The notes below the pieces were generated by a model. The model was not told the DNA's origin. It worked only from the letters and a program-made list of their open reading frames with translations, and did no database searches. Shown here piece by piece: positions 39,097 through 52,365 of a DNA stretch of 64,000 nt. How positions within the stretch are numbered: position 1 is the stretch's first letter; each line of letters opens with the position of its first letter. Both the position numbers and the translations under genes were made by a program. This DNA comes from an uncultured Streptococcus sp. (GTDB lineage Bacteria > Bacillota > Bacilli > Lactobacillales > Streptococcaceae), in contig NZ_CAUTAP010000002.1 in assembly GCF_963536705.1 (NCBI RefSeq), positions 40,837 to 104,836 on the forward strand, given 5' to 3'.

Positions 39097-39153
39097 ACTG
39101 TAAAAATATCATATATCAATGCAGTATGAAAAAGTGATATTTAATGTCAGCCT

Positions 39154-39208
39154 TTTAAGTTTCCTTCAAGTTTTTTATAAGTCTGTCTTAAGTTTCTGGG
39201 ATTATACT
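39154..39208 (+). promoter_or_regulatory. CiaR-type promoter with four phased boxes
   Basis: TTTAAG-N5-TTCAAG-N5-TATAAG-N5-CTTAAG-N10-TATACT; matches the NTTAAG-N5-TTTAAG-N10-(-10) CiaR geometry. Confidence 0.78.
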
Positions 39209-39240
39209 AATACCATCAAAATAGAAATGAGGACAGTCCA

Positions 39241-39303
39241 ATGACATCTAAAGTTAGCCTATATGATAAGCAAGTATTGACATTCTCTCAGGCGCAAAAG
39301 TAA
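39241..39303 (+). CDS. Possible 20-aa peptide MTSKVSLYDKQVLTFSQAQK
   Basis: GAGGA SD 7 nt before ATG, just after the predicted transcription start. Confidence 0.35.
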   Translation: MTSKVSLYDKQVLTFSQAQK

Positions 39304-39451
39304 GAAAGGAAGTAATAAGAATCAGTAACGTTTAAAAAGCAGCAGAAGCCCTTAACTAATTTTTTCATATAAATCTCCTAAAACAAGTAAAAAGAAATTT
39401 TGAGGCTCTTTGTCGCTCCAAAACAAAGCAGCCTTAGACTACTCATAAAAG

Positions 39452-39488
39452 AAACCACCTCTGCCAACTGGAAGGCAGAGGTGGTTTT
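39452..39488. terminator. Bidirectional terminator between the csRNA-like gene and treR
   Basis: Perfect stem aaaccacctctgcc/ggcagaggtggttt. Confidence 0.85.
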
Positions 39489-39510
39489 GTGGTCTGGATG
39501 GAACTCAAGG

Positions 39511-42409
<2,899 letters not shown>

Positions 42410-42481
42410 AGAAAAATGAAATGACTTATAGAAAGGGACGGTGCTTTAAAATCTGTCCCTTTTCTCAAAAAAGGAGAAAAT

Positions 42482-44113
42482 ATGACACTTGATAAAACAA
42501 AGGTTGTCTACCAAATTTATCCAAAATCTTTTAAAGACACAACTGGCAATGGTTTGGGAGATTTTCGAGGGATTATTGAAAAACTTCCCTACTTGAAAGA
42601 GCTGGGAGTGGACATGATCTGGCTCAATCCATTCTATCCGAGTCCGCAGCGGGACAATGGTTATGATATTTCTGACTATACTGCAGTTGACCCTATCTTT
42701 GGAGATATGGCAGATTTTGAAGAGATGGTCAAGGTTGGCCAGCAGCATGGTATTGACTTTATGCTAGACATGGTTCTTAACCATTGCTCGATTGAACATG
42801 AGTGGTTCCAAAAGGCACTGGCTGGGGATTCCTACTACCAGGACTTCTTTATCCTGCGGGATGAGCCGACGGACTGGCTGTCCAAGTTTGGCGGCAGTGC
42901 CTGGGCGCCATTTGGCGATACGGGCAAATATTATCTGCATCTTTATGATGTGACTCAAGCCGATCTTAACTGGCGCAATCCCAATGTTCGTAAAGAACTC
43001 TTCAAGGTGGTGAATTTTTGGAGGGATAAAGGCGTCAAAGGCTTCCGCTTTGATGTCATCAATGTTATCGGAAAAGATGAGGTGCTGACGGACTGTCCTG
43101 AGCAGGAGGGCAAGCCTGCCTATACTGATAAGCCAATTGTGCATGACTATCTGCGTATGATGAATGAAGCAACCTTTGGTCAGGACGATTCCTTTATGAC
43201 GGTTGGTGAAATGAGTGCTACGACGATTGAAAATTGCATTCTTTACACGGCACCAGACCGGCAGGAGCTATCTATGGCCTTTAATTTCCATCATCTCAAG
43301 GTGGACTATGAAGCTGGACAAAAGTGGACGCTTAAGGCTTTTGACTTTGAAAAATTAAAACGCCTCTTCCATACTTGGGGCAAGGAAATGAGTGATCACG
43401 ATGGCTGGTCAGCCCTCTTTTGGAACAACCATGATCAGCCGCGAGCTCTCAATCGCTTTGTCGATGTAGAGGATTTCCGCAATGAAGGGGCGACCATGTT
43501 GGCAGCCAGTATTCATCTGTCGCGAGGGACGCCTTATATCTACATGGGTGAGGAGATTGGGATGGTGGATCCTGACTACGACTCCATGGAAGATTATGTG
43601 GATGTCGAGTCTCTCAATGCTTACCAGAGTCTGCTTGCTGAAGGTCAATCGCCAGAAGCAGCCTTCAGGATCATCAAGGCTAAATCTCGTGATAATTCTC
43701 GGACGCCTATGCAGTGGGATGATTCAGCCAATGCAGGTTTTACAACAGGAACTCCATGGCTGAAGGCGGGCAAATCCTATCCTCTCATCAATGTGGAAAA
43801 TGAAATCAAGGGCCCGATTTTTACCTTTTATCAGAAATTGATTGGCTTGCGTAAGGAACTACCTATCATCGCAGAGGGCAGCTATCAGCCAGCCTATGAG
43901 GACAGTCCTCAGGTCTATGCCTTTGAGCGGGAGTGGCAAGGACAAAAACTTTTAGTCCTTAACAACTTCTATGCTGACCCAATTACCGTGGACATCCTGA
44001 CGGACTATCAAAATGGTCAGGTTCTCCTATCCAATTACGGCAAGACTCAGATTGACCATGTGATGACCCTGCAGCCATACGAAACCATGGCAATTTTAGT
44101 AGGTGAAAACTAA
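42482..44113 (+). CDS. treC: Trehalose-6-phosphate hydrolase (GH13)
   Basis: YQIYPKSF, GFRFDVIN, NNHDQPR and SRDNSRTP motifs. Confidence 0.93.
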   Translation: MTLDKTKVVYQIYPKSFKDTTGNGLGDFRGIIEKLPYLKELGVDMIWLNPFYPSPQRDNGYDISDYTAVDPIFGDMADFEEMVKVGQQHGIDFMLDMVLNHCSIEHEWFQKALAGDSYYQDFFILRDEPTDWLSKFGGSAWAPFGDTGKYYLHLYDVTQADLNWRNPNVRKELFKVVNFWRDKGVKGFRFDVINVIGKDEVLTDCPEQEGKPAYTDKPIVHDYLRMMNEATFGQDDSFMTVGEMSATTIENCILYTAPDRQELSMAFNFHHLKVDYEAGQKWTLKAFDFEKLKRLFHTWGKEMSDHDGWSALFWNNHDQPRALNRFVDVEDFRNEGATMLAASIHLSRGTPYIYMGEEIGMVDPDYDSMEDYVDVESLNAYQSLLAEGQSPEAAFRIIKAKSRDNSRTPMQWDDSANAGFTTGTPWLKAGKSYPLINVENEIKGPIFTFYQKLIGLRKELPIIAEGSYQPAYEDSPQVYAFEREWQGQKLLVLNNFYADPITVDILTDYQNGQVLLSNYGKTQIDHVMTLQPYETMAILVGEN

Positions 44114-44300
44114 AGTCTCGAAAGAATCTGGAAAAAATTTCAGATTCTTTTTTATGTGTTGGGCCAGCCTAGACAAGTATTTTTGTGAAGAGAGAGAAAC
44201 TAATACAGAATTTTAAGAAAGCCTTTGCAAAATTTGATTCTTTTCTTTATAATAAAAATTAAATAGGATAATATACATTTATACAGAAAAGGAGAAGTTC

Positions 44301-46550
44301 ATGAAAAAACAAGTTTCTTACAGGCAGCTCTTTCCCATAGCGGTCTTGCTAGCTGCTTTTCTGTCTCTGCTTTTTTCTGTCCAACCAGTCGGAGCAGAAG
44401 AAGCGGTAAGTTCGTCGACTTCTGAGGCGGCTGCTCTTACAGAGAATCCGGCTGTAAGTGATGCGTCGGTTGCCAGTCAAGCAGAGAGTGCATCAGCAGA
44501 ATCAGGAGAGTCAAAGGCAGCTTCTACAGAGACAGTGGAAAAGGAAGGCCAAGCTCCTGCTACAGCACAAGCTGCAGCTAGCGGACCAGAAGCTGTGCCC
44601 AATGTGGGAACCATTCAGGGAGAATCACAAGCCTCTCCCTATGAGGACAAAGAGGTTCAAGTTTCCAATGTAGTTGTGACGAAAACAGACCGCTATGGTT
44701 TTTATGTTCAAGACGTGACTCCTGATGGAAATAGCAGGACTTCTGATGCTCTTTATGTTGTTTCTAAAGAAAAAGTCGATGTCGGAGACAAACTTAGTCT
44801 TGAAGGACGCGTCAAAGAAGGCTACATGGAAGAGCTCAGCGTTCGTCAGGGGCAAACTTTCAACAAGCCAAGCGATAGCTTGACTGTCACCATGCTGATG
44901 GCTTCTAAAGTGACCAAGGAAGGGAAAGTTGATTTACCTGATCCAGTTGACATCGTGGCTAATATGCCTCAGGATACGGTCGATAACGATATTAATAATT
45001 ATCAGCCTCAAAGTGAAGCGTTGGACTACTGGGAAAGTTTGGAAGGAATGTTGACGACGGTGAAGAGGCCCCGCGTTTTAGGCCCGCAGTACCGTGGAGA
45101 CATTTATGTCTTACCTGAAGGCTACCAAGCCCAACCATTAAACAATATCGGTGGCCTAAATCTTCGTCCAAACGCTCAAAATACCGCAACCATTCCAGTC
45201 TATGTTGGCAATAAATTCATTGCCAAGGCCAAGGATTATTTCAATGGTGATGTGGTCGGAGTCGTGACCTATCGTGGGAAGATTTATAAGTTGGAGCCAA
45301 CTCAGCTGCCTGATTTGGTGGACGGGGGCTTGCAGAGACAGGTCTCTCCTATCTATCCAAGTGAGGACAAGCTGACTATTGCTTCCTACAATATCGAGAA
45401 TTTTTCTGCTAATGCTAAAAAAGGTGAAACGCCTGAGGAAAAAGTGACTAGAATCGCTAATTCCTTCATTAATGAAATCCACAGTCCAGATATCATCACG
45501 CTCATCGAGGTTCAAGATGAGAATGGCAGCGTTAATGACGGAACGACCAGCGGTGTCAAAAGTGGCGAGAAACTAGCGGCTCGCATCAAAGAACTGGGAG
45601 GTAAAACTTACAAGTACACTGAAGTTGCACCACTTGACGGTCAAGATGGCGGCAAGCCTGGCTCTAATATCCGCGTGGCCTTTCTCTACGATCCAAATCG
45701 AGTGAAGTTAGTTGAAAGAGAAGCTGGTACGAGTGACGAAGCTGCTAGCTTCTCCGGTGGCCATCTAGTTAAGAATCCTGCCCGGATTTCTCCAACAAAT
45801 CCAGCCTTTACTAAGGTTCGTAAATCCTTGGCAGCTGAGTTTGAATTCAAGGGACAGCATATCGTCGTTATCGCCAATCATTTGAAGTCTAAGATTGGGG
45901 ATGATGCCGTTTATGGTTCCGCTCAGCCAGCGGTTCAGCATACGCAGGCAGCCCGGATAGAACAGGCTAAAATTTTAAATAGCTTTGTTCAGGAAGGACT
46001 GAGGCAAAATCCAAATCTTAAGTTTGTTCTGACTGGGGATTTCAATGACTTTGAATTCTCTGAAACTGCTAAAGCTATTGCAGGAAATGAACTCATTAAC
46101 CTCATGCAGGAACATGATGCGGCTGACCGCTATTCTTACTTCTACCGTGGCAGTAACCAAAGCTTGGATAACATTTTCATTTCGAAGAACCTGGCAGGCA
46201 AGGCAGTCTTTGCGCCTGTCCATATCAATGCCTCTTTCATGGAGGAACATGGCAGAGCTTCAGACCATGATCCAGTAGTGGTGCAGCTGGACTTTTCTAA
46301 GGATGTTGCAGCTTCGTCTTCTGACAGCTCCCAACCGTCTCAATCAAGTGGACAATCTTCTGTAGCAGTAGCTCAAGGAGTTCCTTCTCAGACCAATTCT
46401 CCATCGTCCAATCAAACTGGACAAGGTCAGACTGCTGGCAGCAAGAAGAAGGGACTCCCTCAGACCGGCCAAAATAACAGCGGCTGGGCAGTCTTGGGAT
46501 TGACCTTGCTGATGTTTGCTTTTACTCTCAAAAAGAGAAGCAGAAGTTGA
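44301..46550 (+). CDS. LPXTG wall-anchored extracellular nuclease (SWAN/SsnA-like, EEP family)
   Basis: Signal peptide, OB-like region, SYNIENF, NHLKSK, GDFND, SDHDP and an LPQTG sortase motif. Confidence 0.9.
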   Translation: MKKQVSYRQLFPIAVLLAAFLSLLFSVQPVGAEEAVSSSTSEAAALTENPAVSDASVASQAESASAESGESKAASTETVEKEGQAPATAQAAASGPEAVPNVGTIQGESQASPYEDKEVQVSNVVVTKTDRYGFYVQDVTPDGNSRTSDALYVVSKEKVDVGDKLSLEGRVKEGYMEELSVRQGQTFNKPSDSLTVTMLMASKVTKEGKVDLPDPVDIVANMPQDTVDNDINNYQPQSEALDYWESLEGMLTTVKRPRVLGPQYRGDIYVLPEGYQAQPLNNIGGLNLRPNAQNTATIPVYVGNKFIAKAKDYFNGDVVGVVTYRGKIYKLEPTQLPDLVDGGLQRQVSPIYPSEDKLTIASYNIENFSANAKKGETPEEKVTRIANSFINEIHSPDIITLIEVQDENGSVNDGTTSGVKSGEKLAARIKELGGKTYKYTEVAPLDGQDGGKPGSNIRVAFLYDPNRVKLVEREAGTSDEAASFSGGHLVKNPARISPTNPAFTKVRKSLAAEFEFKGQHIVVIANHLKSKIGDDAVYGSAQPAVQHTQAARIEQAKILNSFVQEGLRQNPNLKFVLTGDFNDFEFSETAKAIAGNELINLMQEHDAADRYSYFYRGSNQSLDNIFISKNLAGKAVFAPVHINASFMEEHGRASDHDPVVVQLDFSKDVAASSSDSSQPSQSSGQSSVAVAQGVPSQTNSPSSNQTGQGQTAGSKKKGLPQTGQNNSGWAVLGLTLLMFAFTLKKRSRS

Positions 46551-46796
46551 CTAAAATCAATTTAAAAAGTGAAATCAGGGTGGACTAAAGAACCTACCCT
46601 GATTTTTTATTTGCCAGCATCTAAGAGCAAGTCTGTTCCCGCTTTCGCCCTAAAATTTCATCTGTTGTAAAACACTGAAAATGAAACTGAAAAACAGTTT
46701 GTTTTCTAAAAAATAGGCAAATTAAGTCTATTTTTGCTTTAATCATGTTATAATGTAGTTAGTTATAAAACGTTTTCAGAGTTAAGAGGTTGCGCG

Positions 46797-47606
46797 ATGG
46801 TTGAAGAGAAAATTGAAGAAGCAGTTGATTATGGAAAGGTAACGGGCATGGTCCACTCCACCGAAAGTTTTGGAGCTGTTGATGGACCGGGTATCCGTTT
46901 TATTGTTTTTTTGCAGGGATGCCACATGCGCTGCCAGTACTGCCATAATCCGGACACATGGGAGATGGAGACTAACAAATCTCAGCTGCGGACAGTGGAT
47001 GATGTCTTGCAAGAAGCTCTCCGTTATAAGGGTTTCTGGGGGAATAAAGGGGGCATCACCGTCAGCGGAGGAGAAGCCTTGCTACAGATTGATTTTCTGA
47101 TTGCCCTCTTTACCAAGGCTAAGGAGCTGGGCATCCACTGTACATTGGATACCTGTGCCCTGCCTTTTAGAAATACGCCTCGCTATCTGAAAAAATTTGA
47201 CAAGCTTATGGCAGTCACTGACCTTGTCCTACTGGATATTAAAGAGATTAACGAAGAACAGCACAAAATCGTGACCAGCCAGACCAACAAGAATATCTTG
47301 GCCTGTGCCAAGTACCTGTCTGACATTGGAAAGCCAGTCTGGATCCGCCATGTCTTGGTGCCAGGATTGACCGACCGTGATGATGACTTGATTGAGCTAG
47401 GTAAATTTGTAAAGACGCTGAAGAATGTTGATAAGTTTGAAATTCTACCTTACCATACTATGGGAGAATTCAAATGGCGGGAGCTGGGCATCCCTTACAA
47501 GCTGGAAGGGGTTAAGCCTCCGACAGCTGATCGGGTCAAGAATGCCAAGGAACTCATGCAGACGGAGTCCTATACAGAGTATATGAATCGGGTGCATAAT
47601 AGCTAA
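46797..47606 (+). CDS. pflA: Pyruvate formate-lyase activating enzyme
   Basis: VDGPGIR, CHMRCQYCHNPDT and SGGE motifs. Confidence 0.95.
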   Translation: MVEEKIEEAVDYGKVTGMVHSTESFGAVDGPGIRFIVFLQGCHMRCQYCHNPDTWEMETNKSQLRTVDDVLQEALRYKGFWGNKGGITVSGGEALLQIDFLIALFTKAKELGIHCTLDTCALPFRNTPRYLKKFDKLMAVTDLVLLDIKEINEEQHKIVTSQTNKNILACAKYLSDIGKPVWIRHVLVPGLTDRDDDLIELGKFVKTLKNVDKFEILPYHTMGEFKWRELGIPYKLEGVKPPTADRVKNAKELMQTESYTEYMNRVHNS

Positions 47607-47745
47607 TCTATTTTGAGTATGAATAAATGGGCTGGTGGGTTGACCAGTCCATTTTTCTTAAGAAAATGCCCTTCTGCTTTTGTGAAATGTCTGTAATTGT
47701 GGTAAAATAAATGCAATAAACATTATATAAAAGAAGAGGTCTATC

Positions 47746-48681
47746 ATGTCTAAAATTTTAGTTTTCGGTCACCAAAATCCTGACTCAGATGCCATTGGTT
47801 CATCTTATGCTTTTGCTTACTTGGCTCGTGAAGCTTATGGCTTGGATACAGAAGCTGTTGCTCTGGGTGAGCCTAATGAAGAAACAGCCTTTGTTTTGGA
47901 TTACTTTGGCGTGGCGGCACCGCGCGTGATTACATCTGCAAAGGCAGAGGGTGCTGAGCAGGTTATTCTGACAGACCACAATGAATTCCAACAGTCTGTG
48001 GCTGATATCGCTGAAGTTGAAGTTTATGGCGTAGTGGACCACCACCGTGTTGCTAACTTTGAAACAGCTAGTCCCCTTTACATGCGCTTGGAGCCAGTGG
48101 GATCTGCTTCCTCTATTGTTTACCGCATGTTCAAGGAGCACGGCGTAGAAGTTCCAAAAGAAATTGCAGGATTGATGCTGTCTGGTTTGATCTCTGATAC
48201 TCTCTTGCTCAAATCACCAACAACTCATCCGACTGACAAGGTCATTGCACCAGAATTGGCTGAGCTGGCTGGTGTCAACTTGGAAGAGTATGGTTTGGCA
48301 ATGCTTAAGGCAGGTACAAACTTGGCTAGCAAGTCTGCAGAAGAATTGATTGACATCGATGCGAAAACATTTGAGCTGAATGGAAATAATGTGCGTGTGG
48401 CACAGGTCAACACAGTTGATATCGCTGAAGTTTTGGAGCGTCAAGCAGAAATCGAAGCGGCTATTGAAAAAGCAATCGCTGATAATGGCTACTCTGACTT
48501 TGTCTTGATGATTACAGATATTATTAACTCAAACTCAGAAATTTTGGCTATCGGAAGCAATATGGACAAGGTCGAAGCAGCCTTCAACTTTGTTCTTGAA
48601 AACAACCATGCTTTCCTTGCAGGCGCTGTTTCTCGTAAGAAACAAGTGGTGCCTCAACTGACAGAAAGTTTTAATGCTTAA
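47746..48681 (+). CDS. ppaC: Mn-dependent inorganic pyrophosphatase
   Basis: [11 protein letters not shown] and SRKKQVVP motifs. Confidence 0.97.
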   Translation: MSKILVFGHQNPDSDAIGSSYAFAYLAREAYGLDTEAVALGEPNEETAFVLDYFGVAAPRVITSAKAEGAEQVILTDHNEFQQSVADIAEVEVYGVVDHHRVANFETASPLYMRLEPVGSASSIVYRMFKEHGVEVPKEIAGLMLSGLISDTLLLKSPTTHPTDKVIAPELAELAGVNLEEYGLAMLKAGTNLASKSAEELIDIDAKTFELNGNNVRVAQVNTVDIAEVLERQAEIEAAIEKAIADNGYSDFVLMITDIINSNSEILAIGSNMDKVEAAFNFVLENNHAFLAGAVSRKKQVVPQLTESFNA

Positions 48682-48771
48682 AGAGCTCATTTGAGGAAAT
48701 AAGTTACTAGAAGGGGCTATTCCCCTCATACCTAAAAGGAGTCTTGACTCCTTTTTTGATAGGTGAGAAAA

Positions 48772-49284
48772 ATGAAGATTCAAGATTTACAAGATGGAGA
48801 TTTGATTTTTACAGTCGGATCTTCAGAAATTGCAGCAGCCATTCGGTCAGCAACTGGTTCATACAGTCATGTGGCCATCTTTTTTAATGGTGAGATTTTT
48901 CATGCAACCCATGAGAATGGTGTTGTCAATCAAGAATTGTCTGATTTTTGGCAGGATGAGGATGTTTATGACGTGTATCGCTATCCAGCTATTGAAGCAG
49001 AAGCTGTCTTTAAAAGGGCCAAATTACATCTAGGAAAGTCATACAATTTCAGCTTTTATCCTCAGTCCGATGGTTTTTACTGTTCGGAGTATATTGCGGA
49101 AATTTTGCCGATTTTTGATACGATTCCTATGCAGTTTGGCGATGAGGAAAATCAGATTTCTGATTTTTGGCAGGAATATTATCGGGACTTGGGCTTAGCG
49201 GTTCCCATTGATCAGCCTGGGACGAATCCTAGCCAGTTGGCTCAGTCAAGAAAACTCATCTACAAAGGAGAACTCCATGATTAA
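48772..49284 (+). CDS. YiiX/YebB permuted papain-like (NlpC/P60) protein
   Basis: GDLIF, YSHVAI and FYCSE (His before Cys). Confidence 0.85.
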   Translation: MKIQDLQDGDLIFTVGSSEIAAAIRSATGSYSHVAIFFNGEIFHATHENGVVNQELSDFWQDEDVYDVYRYPAIEAEAVFKRAKLHLGKSYNFSFYPQSDGFYCSEYIAEILPIFDTIPMQFGDEENQISDFWQEYYRDLGLAVPIDQPGTNPSQLAQSRKLIYKGELHD

Positions 49285-49930
49285 AATTATCAATCCCAGC
49301 CGTTTGACGCGCCAGCCCTTTTTTCAGGAGCTGATTGATTATTTGGATCAGCATGAGGCTGTGATTCTACGTGAGATTAAGCGAGAGTTTGCAGGTGTGG
49401 CTAATATTGACCGCTCGATAGAGGACTATATCAAGGCAGGTTACATCCGGCGGGAGAACAAGCGATATTATCTGACGCTGCCTCTTTTGGAAAGTTTGGA
49501 GGACTTGCGTTTGGATCAAGAAGTCTTTATCCGTGATGACAGTCCGCTCTATCAGGAACTGTTGGAGCTGCGTTTTAAGACCCAGCTGTCCAATCAGACC
49601 AATGCGGCTGTTTTGCTGGAAGAGACAGATTTTCTGCGGGATAAGCTGACCTTGGCAAATTATTTTTACAAGATGCAGCGCCAATATCCCCTGTCTGATG
49701 CACAAAAGCCCCTCTATGCTGTCTTGGGCGATGTCAATCCAGAGTATGCACTCAAGTATATGACGACCTTTCTTCTCAAGTATGTCCGCAAGGCTGAGCT
49801 CATGCAGAAGCGGCGGGACATTTTTGTCGATAGCCTAGTAATCTTGGGCTATATCCGGCAAAACGAAGCAGGCAAGTATGAGTTGCAGGCTAGCTTTGAT
49901 AAGGAGAGATTGACTTTCCAGCTGGACTGA
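49277..49930 (+). CDS. Conserved streptococcal hypothetical protein (DUF1803-like)
   Basis: AAGGAG SD; LGDVNPEYALKYMTTFL motif. Confidence 0.7.
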   Translation: MIKIINPSRLTRQPFFQELIDYLDQHEAVILREIKREFAGVANIDRSIEDYIKAGYIRRENKRYYLTLPLLESLEDLRLDQEVFIRDDSPLYQELLELRFKTQLSNQTNAAVLLEETDFLRDKLTLANYFYKMQRQYPLSDAQKPLYAVLGDVNPEYALKYMTTFLLKYVRKAELMQKRRDIFVDSLVILGYIRQNEAGKYELQASFDKERLTFQLD

Positions 49931-50030
49931 TTTTCCCATAGAATGAGCAGAATATTTGACCTTTGAAAAGAAAAAACTTATACTACTGTAAACGGTATCA
50001 AATACTGTAAAAAAGAACGGAGGCAATCAT

Positions 50031-50225
50031 ATGTCACTAGAAAATAAATTTGATCAAGCTAAAGGCGCTGTTAAAGAAGGCGTGGGCAAAGTTACAGGAG
50101 ATAACAAGACAGAAGCAGAAGGCTTTGTAGAAAAAACAGTTGCTAAAGCCAAAGAAGTTGCTGAAGATGCTAAAGAAGCTGTAGAAGGTGCTGTAGAAGG
50201 AATCAAAAACAGCTTGGATAAATAA
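50031..50225 (+). CDS. CsbD-family stress protein
   Basis: [19 protein letters not shown] motif. Confidence 0.88.
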   Translation: MSLENKFDQAKGAVKEGVGKVTGDNKTEAEGFVEKTVAKAKEVAEDAKEAVEGAVEGIKNSLDK

Positions 50226-50252
50226 AAAACAATCAGTCGATTATTCGGCTGA

Positions 50253-51257
50253 TTATTTTTTTTGCTGATACATAAGGTAGAGGAAGTAGGGGGCTCCAAT
50301 AATGGAAATCAAAATGCCTGTCGGGACGGAGCTTCCGATGAGGAAGGTTCTTGTGATCGTATCTGCCCCTGTCATGATAAAGGCACCTAGCAGCATGGCG
50401 GCTGGAAAGAGTAAGCGATGATCGCTAGGCAGGAATCGTTTGCTGATATGGCTAGCCAACATACCGATAAAGACAATATTTCCAGCTAGGGATAGACTAA
50501 AAGCGACGAGAGCACTGGCTAATAACAAGGTTATCTGACGCTCTCTTTTTAGATGAAGCCCTAGGCCTAGAGCTGTTTCATCATTTAGGCTGAGGATATT
50601 GAGCTTGTGGGAGCGCAGATAGGTCAGCAACCAGAATAAAAGCAAGAAGGGGCCAGCAATAGCTAGACTTTCCCAGTTATTACCCGTAATCTTACCAGCT
50701 AGCCAGCTAACTACATAGGTCAGTTTGTTCTGATTGACACGGCCGGTGATGGCAATCATACTGGAAGACAGAATGGTTGACAAGGTTACACCAGCGATAA
50801 TGAGCTTGACGGGGCTGATAGCTTGGCCTTTTTGATGTGAGATCAGGTAAATAAGGGCTACAGTCAGCATACCGCCAAAGGTTGCGATAAAGGGAAGATA
50901 GCGGATATAGAAAGGATCAGTCACTTCTAGCTTGCTGATAGCAAGAGTAATGATAACACCAGCTCCGGCATTGATTCCCAAGGTTCCTGAATCGGCAAGT
51001 GGGTTTCGAGTAAAGGTCTGCAGCAGTACACCGCTCATCCCTAGCGAAGCTCCTGCTAGAAGGCAGACCAGAATTCGAGGCAGGCGGATCTGCTCCATGA
51101 TAAAGGTGCTGCCATCATCTCCTTGCCCCAGCAGATATCGAAAAGCTTCACCGATATTAAATTCCTGATCGCCTGATGATAGAGACAGTAGGAAAATTAG
51201 GAAAGTCAGGAGGCTGAGACTTACTAGAACCAAAAGAATTCGTTTTTTATCTCTCAT
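50253..51257 (-). CDS. fhuG: Iron-siderophore ABC permease (FhuG-like)
   Basis: RLPR, RNPLAD and GAPYF FecCD motifs. Confidence 0.82.
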   Translation of the reverse strand: MRDKKRILLVLVSLSLLTFLIFLLSLSSGDQEFNIGEAFRYLLGQGDDGSTFIMEQIRLPRILVCLLAGASLGMSGVLLQTFTRNPLADSGTLGINAGAGVIITLAISKLEVTDPFYIRYLPFIATFGGMLTVALIYLISHQKGQAISPVKLIIAGVTLSTILSSSMIAITGRVNQNKLTYVVSWLAGKITGNNWESLAIAGPFLLLFWLLTYLRSHKLNILSLNDETALGLGLHLKRERQITLLLASALVAFSLSLAGNIVFIGMLASHISKRFLPSDHRLLFPAAMLLGAFIMTGADTITRTFLIGSSVPTGILISIIGAPYFLYLMYQQKK

Positions 51258-52266
51258 AGAAGGCCCCCTTTCTCATCAGCCATAGGAAGACTGGCAGCGT
51301 AACGAGACTGATAATAGAGCTAAGAGGCAGACCGACCATATGACTCGCAGCGAAATCACAGATCAATAGAAAGAGCGCTCCTGTTAGCATCGTCAGTGGC
51401 AAGATTTTTTGGTAATTCTTTCCGCTGATGGTTTTGACAAAGTGTGGAATAATCAGTCCGACAAGAGCCAGGCTTCCTACTAGGGCAACGGCTGCCGCTG
51501 ATAACAGTAGAACAATACTCAGAAAGAACAGGGTTATCTGAGTCGTTCGCTGGCCTAAGCCCTTGGCTACTGTTTCATTGAGGCTGAGAATGGTTAGTTG
51601 GTGAGAAAATAGCTGAGCCAGTAAGAGGCCTAAAAAGATAAAGGGAGCAATGATTTGCAGCATTTTCCAATTGGTTCCTAGAAGTCCTCCAGCCTGCCAA
51701 CCGATGACAGCATTGGTCAGGTTGAGATAAATGGTCAAGCCTTGTCCGATAGCGGTCAGGAGTGTTGTTACCATGGCACCGGATAAGACAAGACGTAGTT
51801 GCTCAAAACCTTTTCTAGGATGGTAGGAGAGGCTAAAAACCAGAATACTGGCTAGACAGGCTCCTGCAAGTGAGAGCAGGAGGATGCTACTGTAGTGTAT
51901 ACTCTTAGAAAAGGCATAACCGCAGATGAGCGCTAGGCCAGCTCCAGAGTTGATCCCCAAAAGTCCTGGGTCAGCAATGGCATTGCGGGTAATTCCCTGC
52001 ATGATGGCTCCTGAAACGGCCAAGCTAGCTCCGACTAGCAGAGCTGCAATTCCTCTAGGTAAGCGCAGATCTATGATGATGTTCTGGGCTGGACTTTCCT
52101 TGAAAGGATGGCTCAGCGTTTCTATCAGTTGCCGATGGGAGTAGCTGGGAATGCCAAAGCGCAGGTAGAGATAGAGTCCGCCAATCAGCAGGAGAATGAG
52201 GGCGAAAAAAACAAGCCAAAAAATATTTGGCCTATTTTTTTGAGTGAAGAGTGAATGAAGCGTCAT
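51247..52266 (-). CDS. fhuB: Iron-siderophore ABC permease (FhuB-like)
   Basis: RLPR and RNAIADPGLLG motifs. Confidence 0.82.
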   Translation of the reverse strand: MTLHSLFTQKNRPNIFWLVFFALILLLIGGLYLYLRFGIPSYSHRQLIETLSHPFKESPAQNIIIDLRLPRGIAALLVGASLAVSGAIMQGITRNAIADPGLLGINSGAGLALICGYAFSKSIHYSSILLLSLAGACLASILVFSLSYHPRKGFEQLRLVLSGAMVTTLLTAIGQGLTIYLNLTNAVIGWQAGGLLGTNWKMLQIIAPFIFLGLLLAQLFSHQLTILSLNETVAKGLGQRTTQITLFFLSIVLLLSAAAVALVGSLALVGLIIPHFVKTISGKNYQKILPLTMLTGALFLLICDFAASHMVGLPLSSIISLVTLPVFLWLMRKGAFYER

Positions 52267-52365
52267 CTGGTATCCTTTATATTGTCGAAAATAAAATAGC
52301 TGTCATGAGATATATCGCTTACTAGCAATGTTTTTTCACTAGTCTGAGTTCCTGCAAGGAATGCC

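Larger units (their letters stand above)
39215..39489 (+). ncRNA. csRNA-like (Cia-dependent) small RNA
   Basis: CiaR-type promoter; anti-AUG/anti-SD stretch ttttttcatataaatctccta at 39360-39380; terminator at 39452-39488. Confidence 0.7.

Noticed and set aside
39288..39368. Minus-strand 26-aa ORF MKKLVKGFCCF... with a perfect SD
   Set aside because: It is the expected mirror image of an anti-SD/anti-AUG tract; the promoter evidence favours the plus strand and the treR terminator lies upstream of it. Not fully excluded
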